Assembly (NCBI GenBank): GCA_002269645.1 | Contig: NIVC01001196.1 | Coordinates: 91,898 to 155,897, forward strand | Reading direction: 5' to 3' | DNA length: 64,000 nucleotides | From: Macrostomum lignano | Taxonomy: Eukaryota | In this document: in pieces, positions 48,546 to 62,221 of the stretch | How the letters are laid out: each line of letters starts with the position of its first letter | How positions within the stretch are numbered: position 1 is the stretch's first letter | Made by a program: the position numbers and the translations under genes | The notes under the pieces: generated by a model | Told to the model about the DNA's origin: nothing | What the model saw: the letters and a program-made list of their open reading frames with translations, nothing else | Databases searched by the model: none

Positions 48546-49314
48546 GCTGGCGCCCAGGTGCTAAAGCCCGTCGTTAAAATAAAGGCACCCAAAATACTTT
48601 CAGTTTTTTTAGCATAGAACCATCATCTACTGGAAAAATTGGCGCATTCGCATGCAGAACGTCAAAACATTTTATTGACTCAATCAGAGATTCCAATTTA
48701 CAATCAAAGGCATTGCTGCAAAAGTTTGCAAGAAATGGAACAACAATAATATTAAGACAAAGACAGATGAAAACAGATAGCTATAACACTGTATAGAAGC
48801 AAAAGTATTTTAAAAGGGTTTAAAACAGAATCAATTCGTTAATTTAACAAAAAAGAAGCATAGTGGGCATTTGGCTGCCTTTTGCTACTAAAGGTATATA
48901 TACATAGGTTCTATTGCGTTTCTTTGCTTCAATTTTCTTTCTCTTCTGGGTATGAAATTAACGAATATTCTTGCTGGCTTTTTGTTGTTTGCCGAGCTAG
49001 TAGACCCGAAATATTAAGAGTTCAAGCAAAACAAGTGTTAGAGAGAACCATTCAGACTATAAAATAGGACTTTTGTCGATTTAGCAAAGTTGACAGTTTT
49101 AACTACATTAATAGTTTTTAATAATTTCCGCACGCACGCAGAGCACCCGCACCCAACCAACCTACTAAAGCGAGACTAGGCTGGCGCAGAGGGGTTTAAA
49201 ACCTGTTAAAGTCAGATATCTGCCTCAAACTAACGCATGTTTATAATTCATAGTTTTCAAAGACATCAGTTTTTAATTCCGCATTTGCGAGTAACGACTC
49301 GGTCTGACGTCTCC

Positions 49315-50903
49315 TTAAACGTATCTGCTTCCGGAGCCCTGGAATCAGATTAGATAGAAGGGAAGCTTTTGTGCGGATAATCATGCTTTAAAATTTTTCT
49401 CAATGAATGTCACCTTAGAAATATTTTAGTGAACTATCTATTCTATATGCACAATAAATACTTAAATTTTAAATTTACGGATGAAAGTTAGCTCAGTAAA
49501 TCAACCTCAGAACCATGTAAAATGTTACTTAACTACGATTTTTAACTAAAATACGAGTATCTAAAGTGCGTAGTTAAGAGAAAGAGGGTGTACTAACTGG
49601 TGCATACATGTATGAGCTCTTCAAATGATCTTCTGGAGAGCAGACACTAGTAGTTAGGGACATTATTCACTAAATGCTGTAAAATTGAGGAATGTCTATC
49701 CACCAATGTATTTTAAAAAGCAATTACATGTTGATCCCTAAACGAATTTTCATTTCGAAATGTTACTTGCATATAACTTTTAATATTAATGATTTACTAT
49801 GATTATGTAATTTTACCTTTCCGCAGTTGCGGCATTTCACAATCACAGCAACAACGCCAGCAATGATCAGTGCGAGAACGATCGCGGATGGAATCCCAAT
49901 GGCGAGGGACTTCACCAGTAGGCTGTCGAACGGATTCGAGTCGACTGGGTCTACATGTACAAGTAGAACAAATGCGGCCGTTCATGATTGCAGAAGTTTC
50001 TCAAATAACGCAGATTTCTAGCATAATTATTACCTGGACTTTTGGTACTCGGCATCAGCGTTGCGTTGATTCCGTCAGAGTATCTGGAGCTGGTGGCGCC
50101 TCCGTAAGTCTCCGTTGTTCTTTCCATCGTTGTTGGAGCAACAGTAGTCACTCTAAATTGACATCGAATTCCTGTAAGAAAAAAAGGTAAGGACCTGCTG
50201 AATTCATTTATAGTCTAGACATTTCTAACAACGAATCTTTCGCTAGAACCGCGAGTTTTGATTGCACCTCAATAAAGTTACGTAGCTCATATTGTAGATA
50301 GGTATGCAATTTAACACAGTACTTGAAAATCCGAATGTTCACCGTAAAACTCAGGCGGACAGGTACAATTAAAGAACGGATCAGTGTAAGTCAGGGTGCA
50401 GGCGCCTCCATTTTGGCACACAGGCAGCGCTGTGATATTCTTGTCAGGCTGCAGGGTTTTGCAGTAGTCAGCGGCGGTAGCGCAGTTCGGCGCAATGTAA
50501 GGCAGCACGCAGATACACGGCGGACTGGGCGTGAATGTGTTGCAGGTACCGCCGTTTTTGCAGGTGTTCGCTTTGCAGTCTGCTCCCTTCTTTTTGGTGA
50601 CAGCAGCGCAACCTGAATCCGGTAGTTTTATGTAAAACCAAACAAAAATTCTGCTATCATTTTAAAATTCGTTATCTCATGGTTTGTCTAATCGCTAAAA
50701 GAATCCTCTGGTAAAATCTCAATATGCATGTAACCGATCTTCATATACTAGTTGTAGCTACATGTAAAATGCTAAATGCTTGACCAATTTAAAAGTTCAT
50801 CCAAAAATATATTATAGACAAAATGCCAAGAAAACTCACCAATTGCCAATAGTAGTAGTAACAAAAACGTCAGGTGCTGACTAATACGACCGATCATTGT
50901 CAT
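49315..50903 (-). CDS. Type I membrane protein with two EGF-like domains (about 209 aa). Exons 50840-50903, 50343-50612, 50034-50171, 49817-49950, 49315-49338 (last exon tentative)
   Basis: Signal MTMIGRISQHLTFLLLLLLAIG; CKANTCKNGGTC...CICVLPYIAPNC; YC...VCQNGGAC...FNCTCPPEFYGIRC; Thr/Ser stalk; TM LAIGIPSAIVLALIIAGVVAVIV followed by KCR. All introns GT-AG with consistent phases. Confidence 0.85.
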
Positions 50904-52365
50904 AACTACTGAGAAATCACCCCGAAAAATTAAGGAAAGGTTCATCGGCGGCAAAGCGGTCTCACCCGAAATACTTTGGCTGCAAACTACCTTGAAGCGC
51001 ATCTATACTCGTATACTCGTATATCATAGTTCTGTCTCTTTCTAGCTCAGCTACTCCTCCCTTGTACCCTGCGCGTCCATGAGAACAAACAATACAGATC
51101 GCGCTTATAGTCACTCAGCAAGCAGAGGCGCAGAGAATTTGAGGTAGATGACTGCTGTCTTGTACTGTCTAGTGTACTTGGGGCTGGCACTGAGTACAGA
51201 CAGGGAGAGTTTAGAGTCCCGAAGAGTGCATTTGATGCAGTATGGGGTGTTGGACAGTGCGGACGAGAGGAATTTCGTCTCCATTTCCTTCCCGACTCTC
51301 CAACTCCAACCCTCCGCTGTCACAATTCTACAGCTTGAAAAGTGCACGGAAAATTGTCTTCTCGTCTCCATGGCCACGTCTTGCTCTGCAAAATGGGCAA
51401 ACCTTACAGAAGACATTTTTAGTATTACCAAAAAGACGCCTTCTTTGTTATGTTGATCAGAAGTATTAATACCATTTTTCAAAGTTTATTTGTATTTCCA
51501 CTTGAATTAAAGCCCTCAGGCGAATAACGGAATAAATAAAAAGCAATACTTTTTTAAAAACACGCAAACACGACATATACGGTATTAACAAGAAACAGTT
51601 CGTATTGTATGTTCTCTATACTACACAATACTAGCTATAGCAGTGTTTCTGAACTTTCGTGAATAAGTTGAAAAGAAAGAAAGCATCAGAGGCTCAATAA
51701 AAATTTCATTTGAAATCATCTTTATAGTAAAGAAAACTTCTCGTAGCCGAATGAGACAAAGATTAAAAGTCTGAATATCGAAACATATTGGCGAGAAACT
51801 CCAGACAGAAATAAAATGTACTTAGGAATACTTATTCGATAGCATAGTGAATACAAAACGCGTGTCCTTGTAATAGAAATCACGATTATTATGAAATGGT
51901 TACAAACTGCTATGAAAGGGTAGCAGGAGCCTGTCAGAACCGACAAAAATTTGATTACAACAACCCTTATTTCTACTTAGGTTATTTCAACAATATTAAT
52001 TAAGTGACCACTGAGACAAAAAAATCGTGCTGATTGCTGAAGGTAACTTTTTCAAGGTCGCAAGGGAATAAAGAAGACTCAATGATTTTAATATTATTTA
52101 GAATCCACCTAAAGTAACTTAGCTAGCTGCTCAATTAACTTGGTTGGAAACTTTAAGCTGTAGCGCCGATGGCAGAATATTTCTTTCTATCGAATAAGCA
52201 GATAAAAGACTTCGGTTTTGAGGCACCATATTGCTTGCAAACCTGAGTTAGAGTAGAAACTAAAAAGTTGAAAACGAGTTTAGTGTTTCCGTTTAAACAG
52301 TCCGAGCAAACTCCAGTCGTTGATTTGCATCTCATATTACTCAAGGCGCAGCAATGTGCGCTGAG

Positions 52366-55300
52366 CTATGGGTCTATTTGCGGATTCATGCCAATATAGT
52401 CGTAGTAGTCGTCCTCATTGGGATTCTTCTGTGCAGCGTTGTCAGCTTCCAGATAGTAGTCCTCTTTAATCTGAAGGAATGATATTTAGGATTTTACTGA
52501 AAGCCGTGGTCGAGATGACAAAATATGTAGGAAATATTTTTATGATAATTAAATCTCCCGCTGACGTTGTCCCAGGTGCATATGGACCGGCGCTGCCCTG
52601 CAATTTTTGTTAAAGATAAACAAAATTCAAGTAGTTTCTTTTAGGATATTTTAGTGAAGTGCGGGAATGCACGACAGCCGAAATCATTGTAAGGTTCTTA
52701 CCTCAGTATAAGAATTTGTGTGAGTTTTGGGTCGCTTCAGGTTCTGAAGATACTGAAATGATCAATATACAATGTCAAATGGTGTAAAAAATTGATTTAC
52801 TAATGAACTTAAAGCATCACTTCATAATTTCTCAAAACCTTGTGGATGACAATTCCAACTATTGCAGCAGTAAATGCAATCGCACCCGAGGGAACAGCGA
52901 TTGCTAAGGCGATAATATAAGTCGGAAGAGATTCTGTCGGCTCTGAAAAATCAGGAATGAATCGATTTGTGTAATTTTGCAAAGATATTTACCAAAAAAT
53001 AAAAACCCTATATAGGAGTGTGCATGTACGCAAACATTAAAATCTTTTCACTTTAATGGATTTTGTTTGAAATGAATCTCCCACCCGTTTGTGACAGTTC
53101 GCCAGTTGCTGCCGACTCCGGAGCAGAGCTGGTATCTGATACAATTTTTGCAGTTGCTGGCGAACTTGGGCTGCTGACAACAGCGCGCGCTGTGGTTGCT
53201 GACGTCTGCTTTGAACTGGTTGCTGTCGGTTCTTCAGATATGTGAATAACATTTGTTGCGGGTAATACATTGTAACGCTCACCATCTTGAAGAGAACTTA
53301 AACAAAAAGAATATTTAAAAGTAATTTCCTACCCGTTTGTGACAGTTCGCCAGTTGCTGCCGACTCCGGAGCAGAGCTGGTATCTGATACAATTTTTGCA
53401 GTTGCTGGCGAACTTGGGCTGCTGACAACAGCGCGCGCTGTGGTTGCTGACGTCTGCTTTGAACTGGTTGCTGTCGGTTCTTCAGATATGTGAATAACAT
53501 TTGTTGCGGGTAATACATTGTAACGCTCACCATCTTGAAGAGAACTTAAACAAAAAGAATATTTAAAAGTAATTTCCTACCCGTTTGTGACCGTTTGCCA
53601 GTTGTTGTCGACTCCGGAGCAGAGCTGGTATCTGATACGATTTTTGTAGTTGCCGGCGAACTTGAGCTGCTGACAACAGTGCGCGCTGTACTTGATGAAG
53701 TCTGTTTCGAACTAGTTGTTGCTGGTTCTGTGGATATTTCAAGAACATTCGCTACAAGTAATCCGTCGTGACACTTACCGTATTGCAGAGAACGTAAACA
53801 GAAATTGTTTGAAATGAATTGCCTACCAGTTTGTGACAGTTTACCAGTTGTTGTCGACTCCAAAGCAGAGCTGGTATCTGATACGATTTTTGCAGTTGCT
53901 GGCGAACTTGGACTGCTGACAACAGCGCGTGCAGTGCTTGAGGAAGTCTGTTTTGAACTGGTTGTTGCTGCTTCTGCGGATACATTTATTTCAGGAGCAT
54001 TAGTTACGATTGAATAATGCATCGTAGCACTCACCATATCTCAGAGAACATTAAGCAATACATTTTAACGCACCAACACTATTACCAACGCTGTACTGCA
54101 ACCGAAAACCAAGTCCTTTGTTACTACTTCCAGCAGCATTTCCAGTGGTGAAAACCACTGTCAAGATGTTTGACACAGACAAAAACTTTGTAGGCCATGT
54201 GGTGGCGCCACCTTGAACTGTGACTAATTCGGTGTCGTCTGACCCTTCGTACAAAGCAATAGAGTCAGAGTTTGACGTCAAGTTCAAGTAGATCAAGTTA
54301 GCTGAGATTTGAATTCCAGGTTTACCGACAAACTGCCATTTGCATGACATTCCTCTTATGTAAGGCAATGCACCTGCGCCTTGGTGGCTGCTGATCTCAC
54401 CACTGCCATCGGTTATCAGCTTGTAGCTTTCGCAAACTGAAGTAATTTTACAAAGCATATCATCTTTGAACTGAATCAGTACACGTACAATCTATATTAA
54501 ACATGTGTTGTATTTTCCCGCTTCCGTCTGTGCGGACAGCATACGGGATGATCTGGGTTAGGGTACTGGACTGCCCAGGGGGTCTTTCTGCCTAGGTGTG
54601 AGAGCGAAGACCCTCTGAGTCGTACAGAAAGCCTACTGAAACTCGTCCAGCCCTACGACAAGAGGGAGGTGCGAATGATAAGGCTACCACTCAGCAGCAC
54701 CAGAGAGCTGGACACTTTTGTGGAGGCTACAGACGCTTCGCATGCTCGAGTGAAGACTGTGAGGGGAAGAAAGAATTTAGAAGGAGATAGAAAAATAAAC
54801 GAAGAGCATAACGCTTTGTCTTACCGGGATAGCTGACTTCGTTTCGCTTCTATATTTCTAATAAATATTTCATTTTCCTTTCACTAACTTAAGCATGCGA
54901 AGGGTTAGAGGATAGAAAGAGAGCAGGGGGCGAGAGCCGGGTGTGTATATGCTCGTAAATACTGCAACCGGTGGGGTGAGAGGGTGGAATGAGAAAGGGG
55001 CTGAGTGGGGCTAAGCCATGTGGTGGCTGGAAGTGGGAGGGAAAACTCACTGAGTTGAAGGGTGAGAGAGAGAGAAGGGGGAAGGCTAGCAAATCAGTGC
55101 CTCTGCGGCTAGAGACCTGATTGGACGAGCCCAAACGAGAGAGAAACGGAAAGGGAACAGCAACAAGAAAACCAAAGGACAACAAGAATTGCAGCTTTAA
55201 GATGAGGGACGGACCAGAATGAACAAGCGGCAGGGAGAGGAGCGGCAGGCTGTACATGTACATGTACGACCGTGAGTACGTTTAAACATTCTCGAAGACA

Positions 55301-58300
55301 CATTTTAGCAGATCCGAATGTACACAAAACTCACAGGTATCTGAAGCTTCGTATTTCATCTTGATTCCGAGTGATTGGCTGCTATATGGAATACGCAGAT
55401 ACACGGTCAAGACGTTTTCTGTCGTTATGAAATCCCGCGTGGTGTCCGAGAAGCTGCTCTCGAGGGTAGCCAGAACTGTTGAGCGATAGGCTCCGTCATA
55501 CAGAGTGACGCTATCATAACGGGAAGTTAGGTTAAAAAAGGTAAAACGAGCCACCACTCGCTTTGAGGGAGAGACTCTGATCACCCAGTAGCAGTCCGAG
55601 CTGATCAAGAAGCCCATAGTTCCTGCAGACGAGTGGCTGACCAGCTCTCCAGTGTCGTTGGTCAGGAGCTCCGTGCCTTGACAGACTGGTGGTAAGTATA
55701 GGTCAATAAAAATATCAAAGCGCTGCTTCATGGTGAAAAATGAACTCTTTTCAAGACTGTGACGTGTCTGCATCAATAGTGTAAGCGGTACAAGCGGACA
55801 TGTACATGAATCTATCATTGGGCATTGCAACACGTTTTACAATTTTAACTAATCAAAACTCAGTTTATGAGCCAAAACTTAAGACGAGATTAGATTGCGC
55901 TTGTTTGTCAAAAATGTAGTTACAACTGTAAGCTTTGCTCACATTTTTCGGTTGTGTTGTACTTCACCCCGAAGCCAGAGCCTGTTCCACCCGACGTGAA
56001 ATATACAAGCATCGCATTTGACTGTGAAACGAAAACTCTTGAACTGACAATCTGAAATTCACTCCGTCCGTAGTATCTTGCGATGTATGGTGAGCCTCGA
56101 ATTCCTTCAGATATGCTGACATAGTCATTGGGGTAGAGGCTGAATGATGTAATGTGAGCCACTACACTGTATCCCAATGGCGCGGTAATGGTCCAGTAGC
56201 ATATCATACGTCTCAAATAGTTAGGGGATGATGAGTTCACATGGGCGAAAAACTTGCCTTGGCTGGCTTGAAGAATTTTCCGACCATCACAGACTGGAAA
56301 CTGAAAGAATGATAGGTTTTTTCTATCGTGTATGTCCTCTAATCCTCTGAATAAACTCTAACTTACAGTTCTCCGCAATGCTGTATCGCATTCGAAAGCC
56401 GTAGGAATGCCAAGTGGCATCTGTTGTGAACCGGACCCTCATGCTGTTTGTGATGGACCGGTATCCGACCTCTGTCGGAATAGAAGTGCCGCTGACCAAA
56501 GTGTTTGAACCACTGAGACCATCGTATAATGTCACTCTGTCGTACGAATACCCGTGACTCGACAGTTTGTTACTAGTAAACCAGGCGATTACTTGCTTGC
56601 CTGGCGACACAGAAATTTGCCAATTGCATGTCATAGAGTGCAAATAGTGCGTTGTTCCAGCATTGGTGTGAGTAACCACTTCACCGTTGTCGGAGTCCCA
56701 TTTCTGAACGCTTGGGCAAGCTAAAATGAAACGTATGATTTAGAAAACAAAGTAAAGTTTCTTAATGGGTTTTAATCGTAGTGCATTAGAGAAATTCCCC
56801 AAACCTTGCTCGTAGTAAAACTGAATAGAGAATCCGATTGATTCATGAAGATTGTCAGTTGTAAACGAAATATGCGCGTCTCCTGTTGTCACCCAGTGTA
56901 CGTTTTGGCCGAAATGAGTATTGCAATACTGCAAATCTTTATCACTGCCGGACTCACTGGCAGTTGAGGAAAGCTTCGTTACCATTTTTAGGCAGTCCCC
57001 GTTGCTAAGATAGTAGGTTTCGATAAAGAGATAGATGTAGAATCCAGGTCGTTTGGGCAGTGTCCACAGGCAGGCTAAATTGGGTGCGTATGCGGACATG
57101 CTGGTGGCATTGTAGCCTTTGTGGCTCTCGATGACTCCAGATACGTTCGATGAATTTGCATAACTGATCGTTCCGCATGTGTTGTTAACGGCTGAAAGCA
57201 GATAGTAATATTTGTGTTTAGTACGCATATGTACTCGTAATTAGAAAGCGGCCAGTGCTTCAATGAAAAAATGGCTTATCTTGTGTGTGGTGCTGCTAAG
57301 CACAGTTTTTTATCATTTTGGCATTGTTGCGCAACATTCCGTTATTAAGCGCAAATATTTTTTAAAATTTCGTTTTTTAGCATTTAAACATATCTGTAGA
57401 TATCTATATCTATCTGACGGAAAACTGGGTAAAAATACATTTTCTTGTTTCTTAGTTACTATGCTTTACGTCATATGTGCTTAATGCTTTGCTTACCATT
57501 GTCAATTTCTTGAAGCCACAATGCAAAGCCATATCCTCCATAGTCACTGTCTGTGTTAAACCGCACAGTCGCCGTGTTTGCTGAGGATACAATAACACCT
57601 TTAAAATTACTGCCGGAAGTATTGAGCAGAACAGCTGAACCGTTGGAGCCATCAAACACTGTCACTCTATCATTTGTCTGTGTATTGAAGTAAGTAAAAC
57701 GAAAGGCGATTCTCTGTTCGACAGGAACGCTTATGTGCCAGTAGCAGCTCATGTTGTTTAAATAAGGACTTGAACCAACACCGTAGTGACTCCTTATTTG
57801 ACTTCCCGTTTTCGTTGCTGTCACGTTTTCAAATCCGTAACAGTCTGAAAAAATATGTTTAAATATATGAGAACTTCCAACGGGGACTGTATTTGGTACA
57901 TGGCTAAATAAACAACTAATACAATAAATAAAGCATCTAAGGTAGAAATATACTTCAAAACTCTGCCAATTTCGACTTCGACGTTAGCGAGACGGAAAGC
58001 TTTTAATTTCTTTTAAAGAAGTATTTTAATTTTCAGAGGTTAATTGAAGGGAGTATTCAGTAGTCCCTGGTTAGTTGTTGCAAAGTTCATAATTTGCTCT
58101 GATTCAAAGAACCCATTGTTGCTCTTTTTGCAACTAGAACACCGGGAAGACGAGACGTTTGTGACTTTCGTTCGATAAAACTTAAGATTTGCTGTCTCGA
58201 TTATTTTTTGGCTTGCGGGCGTAGCGCCTTTCTGCTTCAGTTGTTAATGATTAGTTGCAAAAATATTAAGAAAATTGTTTTCAAAACTTTAAACTTACAT

Positions 58301-60337
58301 AACTGGGTAAAGTTATAATGAAGTCGAAATCCGAGACCTGAGTACATGCTGCTTGTAGTAAATGTTACGCTTACAACACTTGCTGTGGATTGAAACCCCG
58401 ACGGCGAAGGCGAATGGCCCCTGCGGAGCGTTGCAATTGTGCTCGAAGACTCTCCCATGTTTCGAGCGCTGACGTAGTCATTGTACCCTAAATTAAAATA
58501 GGAAAACCAGAACCAAACCTGCTGACCAGGCGGTGCCGTAATGTACCAGACGCACTGTGCATTGTTCCCATAATAGTATTCTCCGACGCCATTGTGACTT
58601 ACTACTTCACCTGTGCTATTAGTCAAGTTGCGTTTGTCTGGGCAGTCTGAAATTTACAAAAATATTTACATTCAATGAAGCCCGCAGAAGAAAGCTATAC
58701 AAATATAATTTATATTCAAAAGTACTTCAATATTGGATTGTGATGAACACTCCTTAATGTTTGAATAATACAGACCATTCCACTATGTCATGAGTACTGC
58801 ATATTCCTCTTTTATCTTAGGTTGCTACAGAGGGAGTACGATGCATGCAAGTATCGATTTTTAACTCGAATTCTTGCTGAAAATTCTTATTTTTAGCTCA
58901 TTTTTTGCTTGCAAATCATAACATATACTAGGGTGGCGATAAATCATAGCGACTAAGTACAAAGTACGTGAAACTTTTATAAAAAACCCATAAAAAGTTT
59001 ACAAACAAGAAATATACATAAGTAACAAATTAGTGATTGAATCTCATTACAAAACTCACAGTTTTGCAATTCAAACTTGATTTGAAAGCCCGTGGACTCA
59101 TAAGCTCCATTGGAACTAAACCTGATGCTGAAGTTGCCATCCACCTGAAGCGTCATGCCAGTGACAGCTTTCCAGCCGCACAAATTCACATTAGAACTGC
59201 CACCTGTCACTGACGCTGTGCCTTGATTTACAGACAGGCAATCTCCATTTCCGAGAGACACGTTGCCAACGTAGAGCTGGTAAAACTTTCCGGACACCGA
59301 TGGCAAGGTCCAGCTGCATGACATAAACTGTGTTGGTCGTAGCCGGGTGGCTGACAATCATTCCGGAAGAGTTGGAAGCGTCATCAAACGTGACTGGTCC
59401 GCACGTGCTGCTGTTAGCTGCAGAAATTTGGATTAAGCGAGAAGATGACTGCCATTTATTCAATGTTTACAAAACAAAACCGATATTATCGTCGATGCAC
59501 CTCTCAACATGCAATCGCAACTATATGATATTATGATTCAATGATTCACAATCCGATAACACTGGCAACTAACCTGATACGGTGGCGTTATACTCTAAAC
59601 GAAATCCTTTTCTTGCGAATTGGCTGTTTGAATAAAAATTCACTGTCAGAATATTTGCGGACGAAACGAATCTCGGCGACTCATAGCCAACTGAGTCATT
59701 CGCGCTAACGACTGCAATTTCGGATGACGTTGTCAGGCCGTCGTACAGAGACACTCTGTCGTTTGGCGACTCGAGATCCATGTAGGTGAACCAGACTATG
59801 ACTCTCTTGCCAGGTGGCGCATCCAGCTGCCAGTAGCACTGCGAGTTGCTGCTGTAGTTTGTTGTGCCGACTCCGCTGTGGCTGGCGATTTCGCCACCGG
59901 CCTCAGCTGACAGTCGCTGGAGCGCGCTGCTGCAGTCTGTTTGGGAATGGTTGGTCCGGTTAGTGAAGGAATATTAATATCGATTGACTATCATATATTA
60001 GCTGGTCGTGATGCTTAGCTAAAGTAACTTTAAGAAGGCAAATTTCAAGAGCTAAAATAGATTAACTACAGTGATAAAATACAGAAGTGAAGCCGGAAAA
60101 AATGTTTGTTTTAAAATGCTAGTTATCAGCAGAAAACATGAGTAACTCACAGGCAGTTTGACTGCTGCACTTTGGCAGAAAGATCAACAAGGCACAAGCA
60201 ACGAAGCCAAGCTCCCAAAGTATTATTTCTGCGACAGAAAAAGTAATAGCTCGTAATCATGGGTAAATTATTAACCAAGTTTGCTATATCTGAGCCCAAA
60301 TATTTAGGAGTAACTCACTGCGTTCCTGGTAGGCCAT
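52366..60337 (-). CDS. Multi-CUB type I receptor, paralog 1 (signal, 9 CUB, 4 Ser/Thr repeats, TM, Tyr-rich tail); CUB2 exon frameshifted. Exons 60319-60337, 60151-60228, 59574-59936, 59060-59417, 58299-58646, 57497-57844, 56805-57191, 56367-56720, 55943-56293, 55335-55685, 54086-54436, 53827-53973, 53581-53727, 53333-53479, 53085-53231, 52839-52942, 52702-52752, 52366-52470
   Basis: All GT-AG. CUB exons are phase 1-1 and 348-387 nt except the 358-nt CUB2 exon. TM YIIALAIAVPSGAIAFTAAIVGIVI; tail ends EDDYYDYIGMNPQIDP*. A possible extra exon near 52560-52600 is unresolved. Confidence 0.82.
53040..54030 (-). repeat. Four tandem exon+intron units (246-248-bp period), each with a 147-bp Ser/Thr-rich exon
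   Basis: Exon ends at 53085, 53333, 53581 and 53827; the two leftmost units are nearly identical, introns included. Confidence 0.88.
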
Positions 60338-60807
60338 GTTAAAATTTTTCAGAACTCTGGATTTTTCAAAATCGCAAGAAAATTCTGTTGCAGTTGCTTC
60401 TGAGAGATTTTTATTAACAAGGACGGCTATATGCTACAATTATATAAAATTTCGTTTTGAATGCGGATACAAGACCATAAAGCGTTCTTTGTATTTAATG
60501 TTTTGCACAACAATTAAACGAAGAATCTTCAAATGTGGCGCAGAGAAAGAGTTGACAGGGGGGCTTTTTGGAAGACAAGGTTTCAAGGAATTGGTTCACT
60601 ATAGTGGGTCCCTATTCTATTGTAATAGATTTGAAACACGCAAACAGGCTTTTTAAGAAGCGAATAAGGTATGGTATACAAGATACAGAACAACTGGAAG
60701 TTATTGCTCCATAAAAATGAGACCATATCGCAAAGCTAAACTTTATGAACTCGGACAATAGCTATATTTTTAAGCTGAATCCGTAACCCTAAACAGACTA
60801 ACCGACT

Positions 60808-61194
<387 letters not shown>

Positions 61195-61584
61195 TCATTT
61201 AGTGTTAAATATATCTGTTTAAACTGTGCTGTAATATAACGCTGTGCTGTCTAATAAGTCCAGGGGCTGTTTTGGATTCCGGAGCAGCATTTCAACAGAA
61301 TTATTAGCATGCTCTATTTTACTTCCTTTTGCTCAGAAGAGTGTTTTGTTACTTTGCTATTGCGATCGTACTATGTTCTACAAGAAAAATACCAACAACC
61401 CGGTGAACAATTACTTTATTTTTCCACGTGCCTCACACTGGAAGTGCTCTATCTACAGTAGTATTCAGCACTTTTCATGTCCGTCATCGGAATACATATT
61501 ATCACATTGGTATTGGGTTAACAGTCAGAATATTAGAAGAATGAGAGCAAACTGTTTAACGAAATTCCCTCGCGCTGCGTTATC

Positions 61585-62070
61585 GCCCCTGGTGCTGGCG
61601 TCCCTGGTGCTGGCGCGCCGGGTGCTAAAGCCCCTGGTGCTGGCGCCCCTGGTTCTAAAGCCCCTGGTGCTGGCGCCCCTGATGCTAAAGCCCCTGGTGC
61701 TAAAGCCCCTGGTGCTAAAGCCCCTGGTGCTAAAGCCCCTGGTGCTAAAGCCCCTGGTGCTGGCGCCACTGATGCTAAAGCCCCTGGTGCTAAAGCCCCT
61801 GGTGCTAAAGCCCCTGGTGCTAAAGCCCCTGGTGCTAAAGCCCCTGGTGCTAAAGCCCCTGGTGCTAAAGCCCCTGGTGCTGGCGCCGCTGGTGCTGGCA
61901 CCGCCGGTGCTGGCGCCGCTGGTGCTGGCACCGCCGGTGCTGGCGCCTCTGCTGCTAAAGCCCCTGGTGCTGGCGCCCCTGATGCTAAAGCCCCTGGTGC
62001 TAAAGCCCCTGTTGCTAAAGCCCTTGGTGCTAAAGCCCCTGGTGCTAAAGCCCCTGGTGCTAAAGCCCCA
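61585..62070. repeat. 15-bp minisatellite (ccctggtgctaaagc and ggtgctggcgccgct variants), about 32 units
   Basis: Direct reading; same family as 48287-48545. Confidence 0.95.
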
Positions 62071-62221
62071 TGAAATTAAAGTTGCGTCTTCTCAAAATAA
62101 AATGGTTCGACTTTAGTCGCAATAGCGCTAGTTACATTAAAATGAACTGGTGGCCTCTCAAAAGGCACCACAAAGTGTCGGGTGCACCTGCACCTACTTT
62201 AACTTGTGTTGTGTTCAATCA

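Noticed and set aside
48271-48592. (LVLKP)n / (PGALA)n elastomer-like proteins here and at 61244-62116
   Set aside because: 15-bp minisatellite that is stop-free by construction; no splice or signal evidence.
51111-51482. Short ORFs between the EGF gene and the CUB receptor
   Set aside because: Overlapping on both strands with no recognizable domain or splice context; more likely UTR or promoter.
53529-53535. 3-nt ATG microexon (AG|ATG|GTGAGC) in the mucin-cassette introns
   Set aside because: It would need 47- and 51-bp introns (shorter than any other here), and the acceptor AG is not conserved in the other cassettes. RNA-seq could revisit this.
54540-54700. Hammerhead ribozyme (GAAAC..GTC motif)
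   Set aside because: No CUGANGA core with matching stems I and II on either strand; only a GGGTCTT/AAGACCC hairpin.
54890-55270. Solo LTR (AG-rich, CCAAT-like motif)
   Set aside because: No convincing TG...CA boundaries with a TSD.
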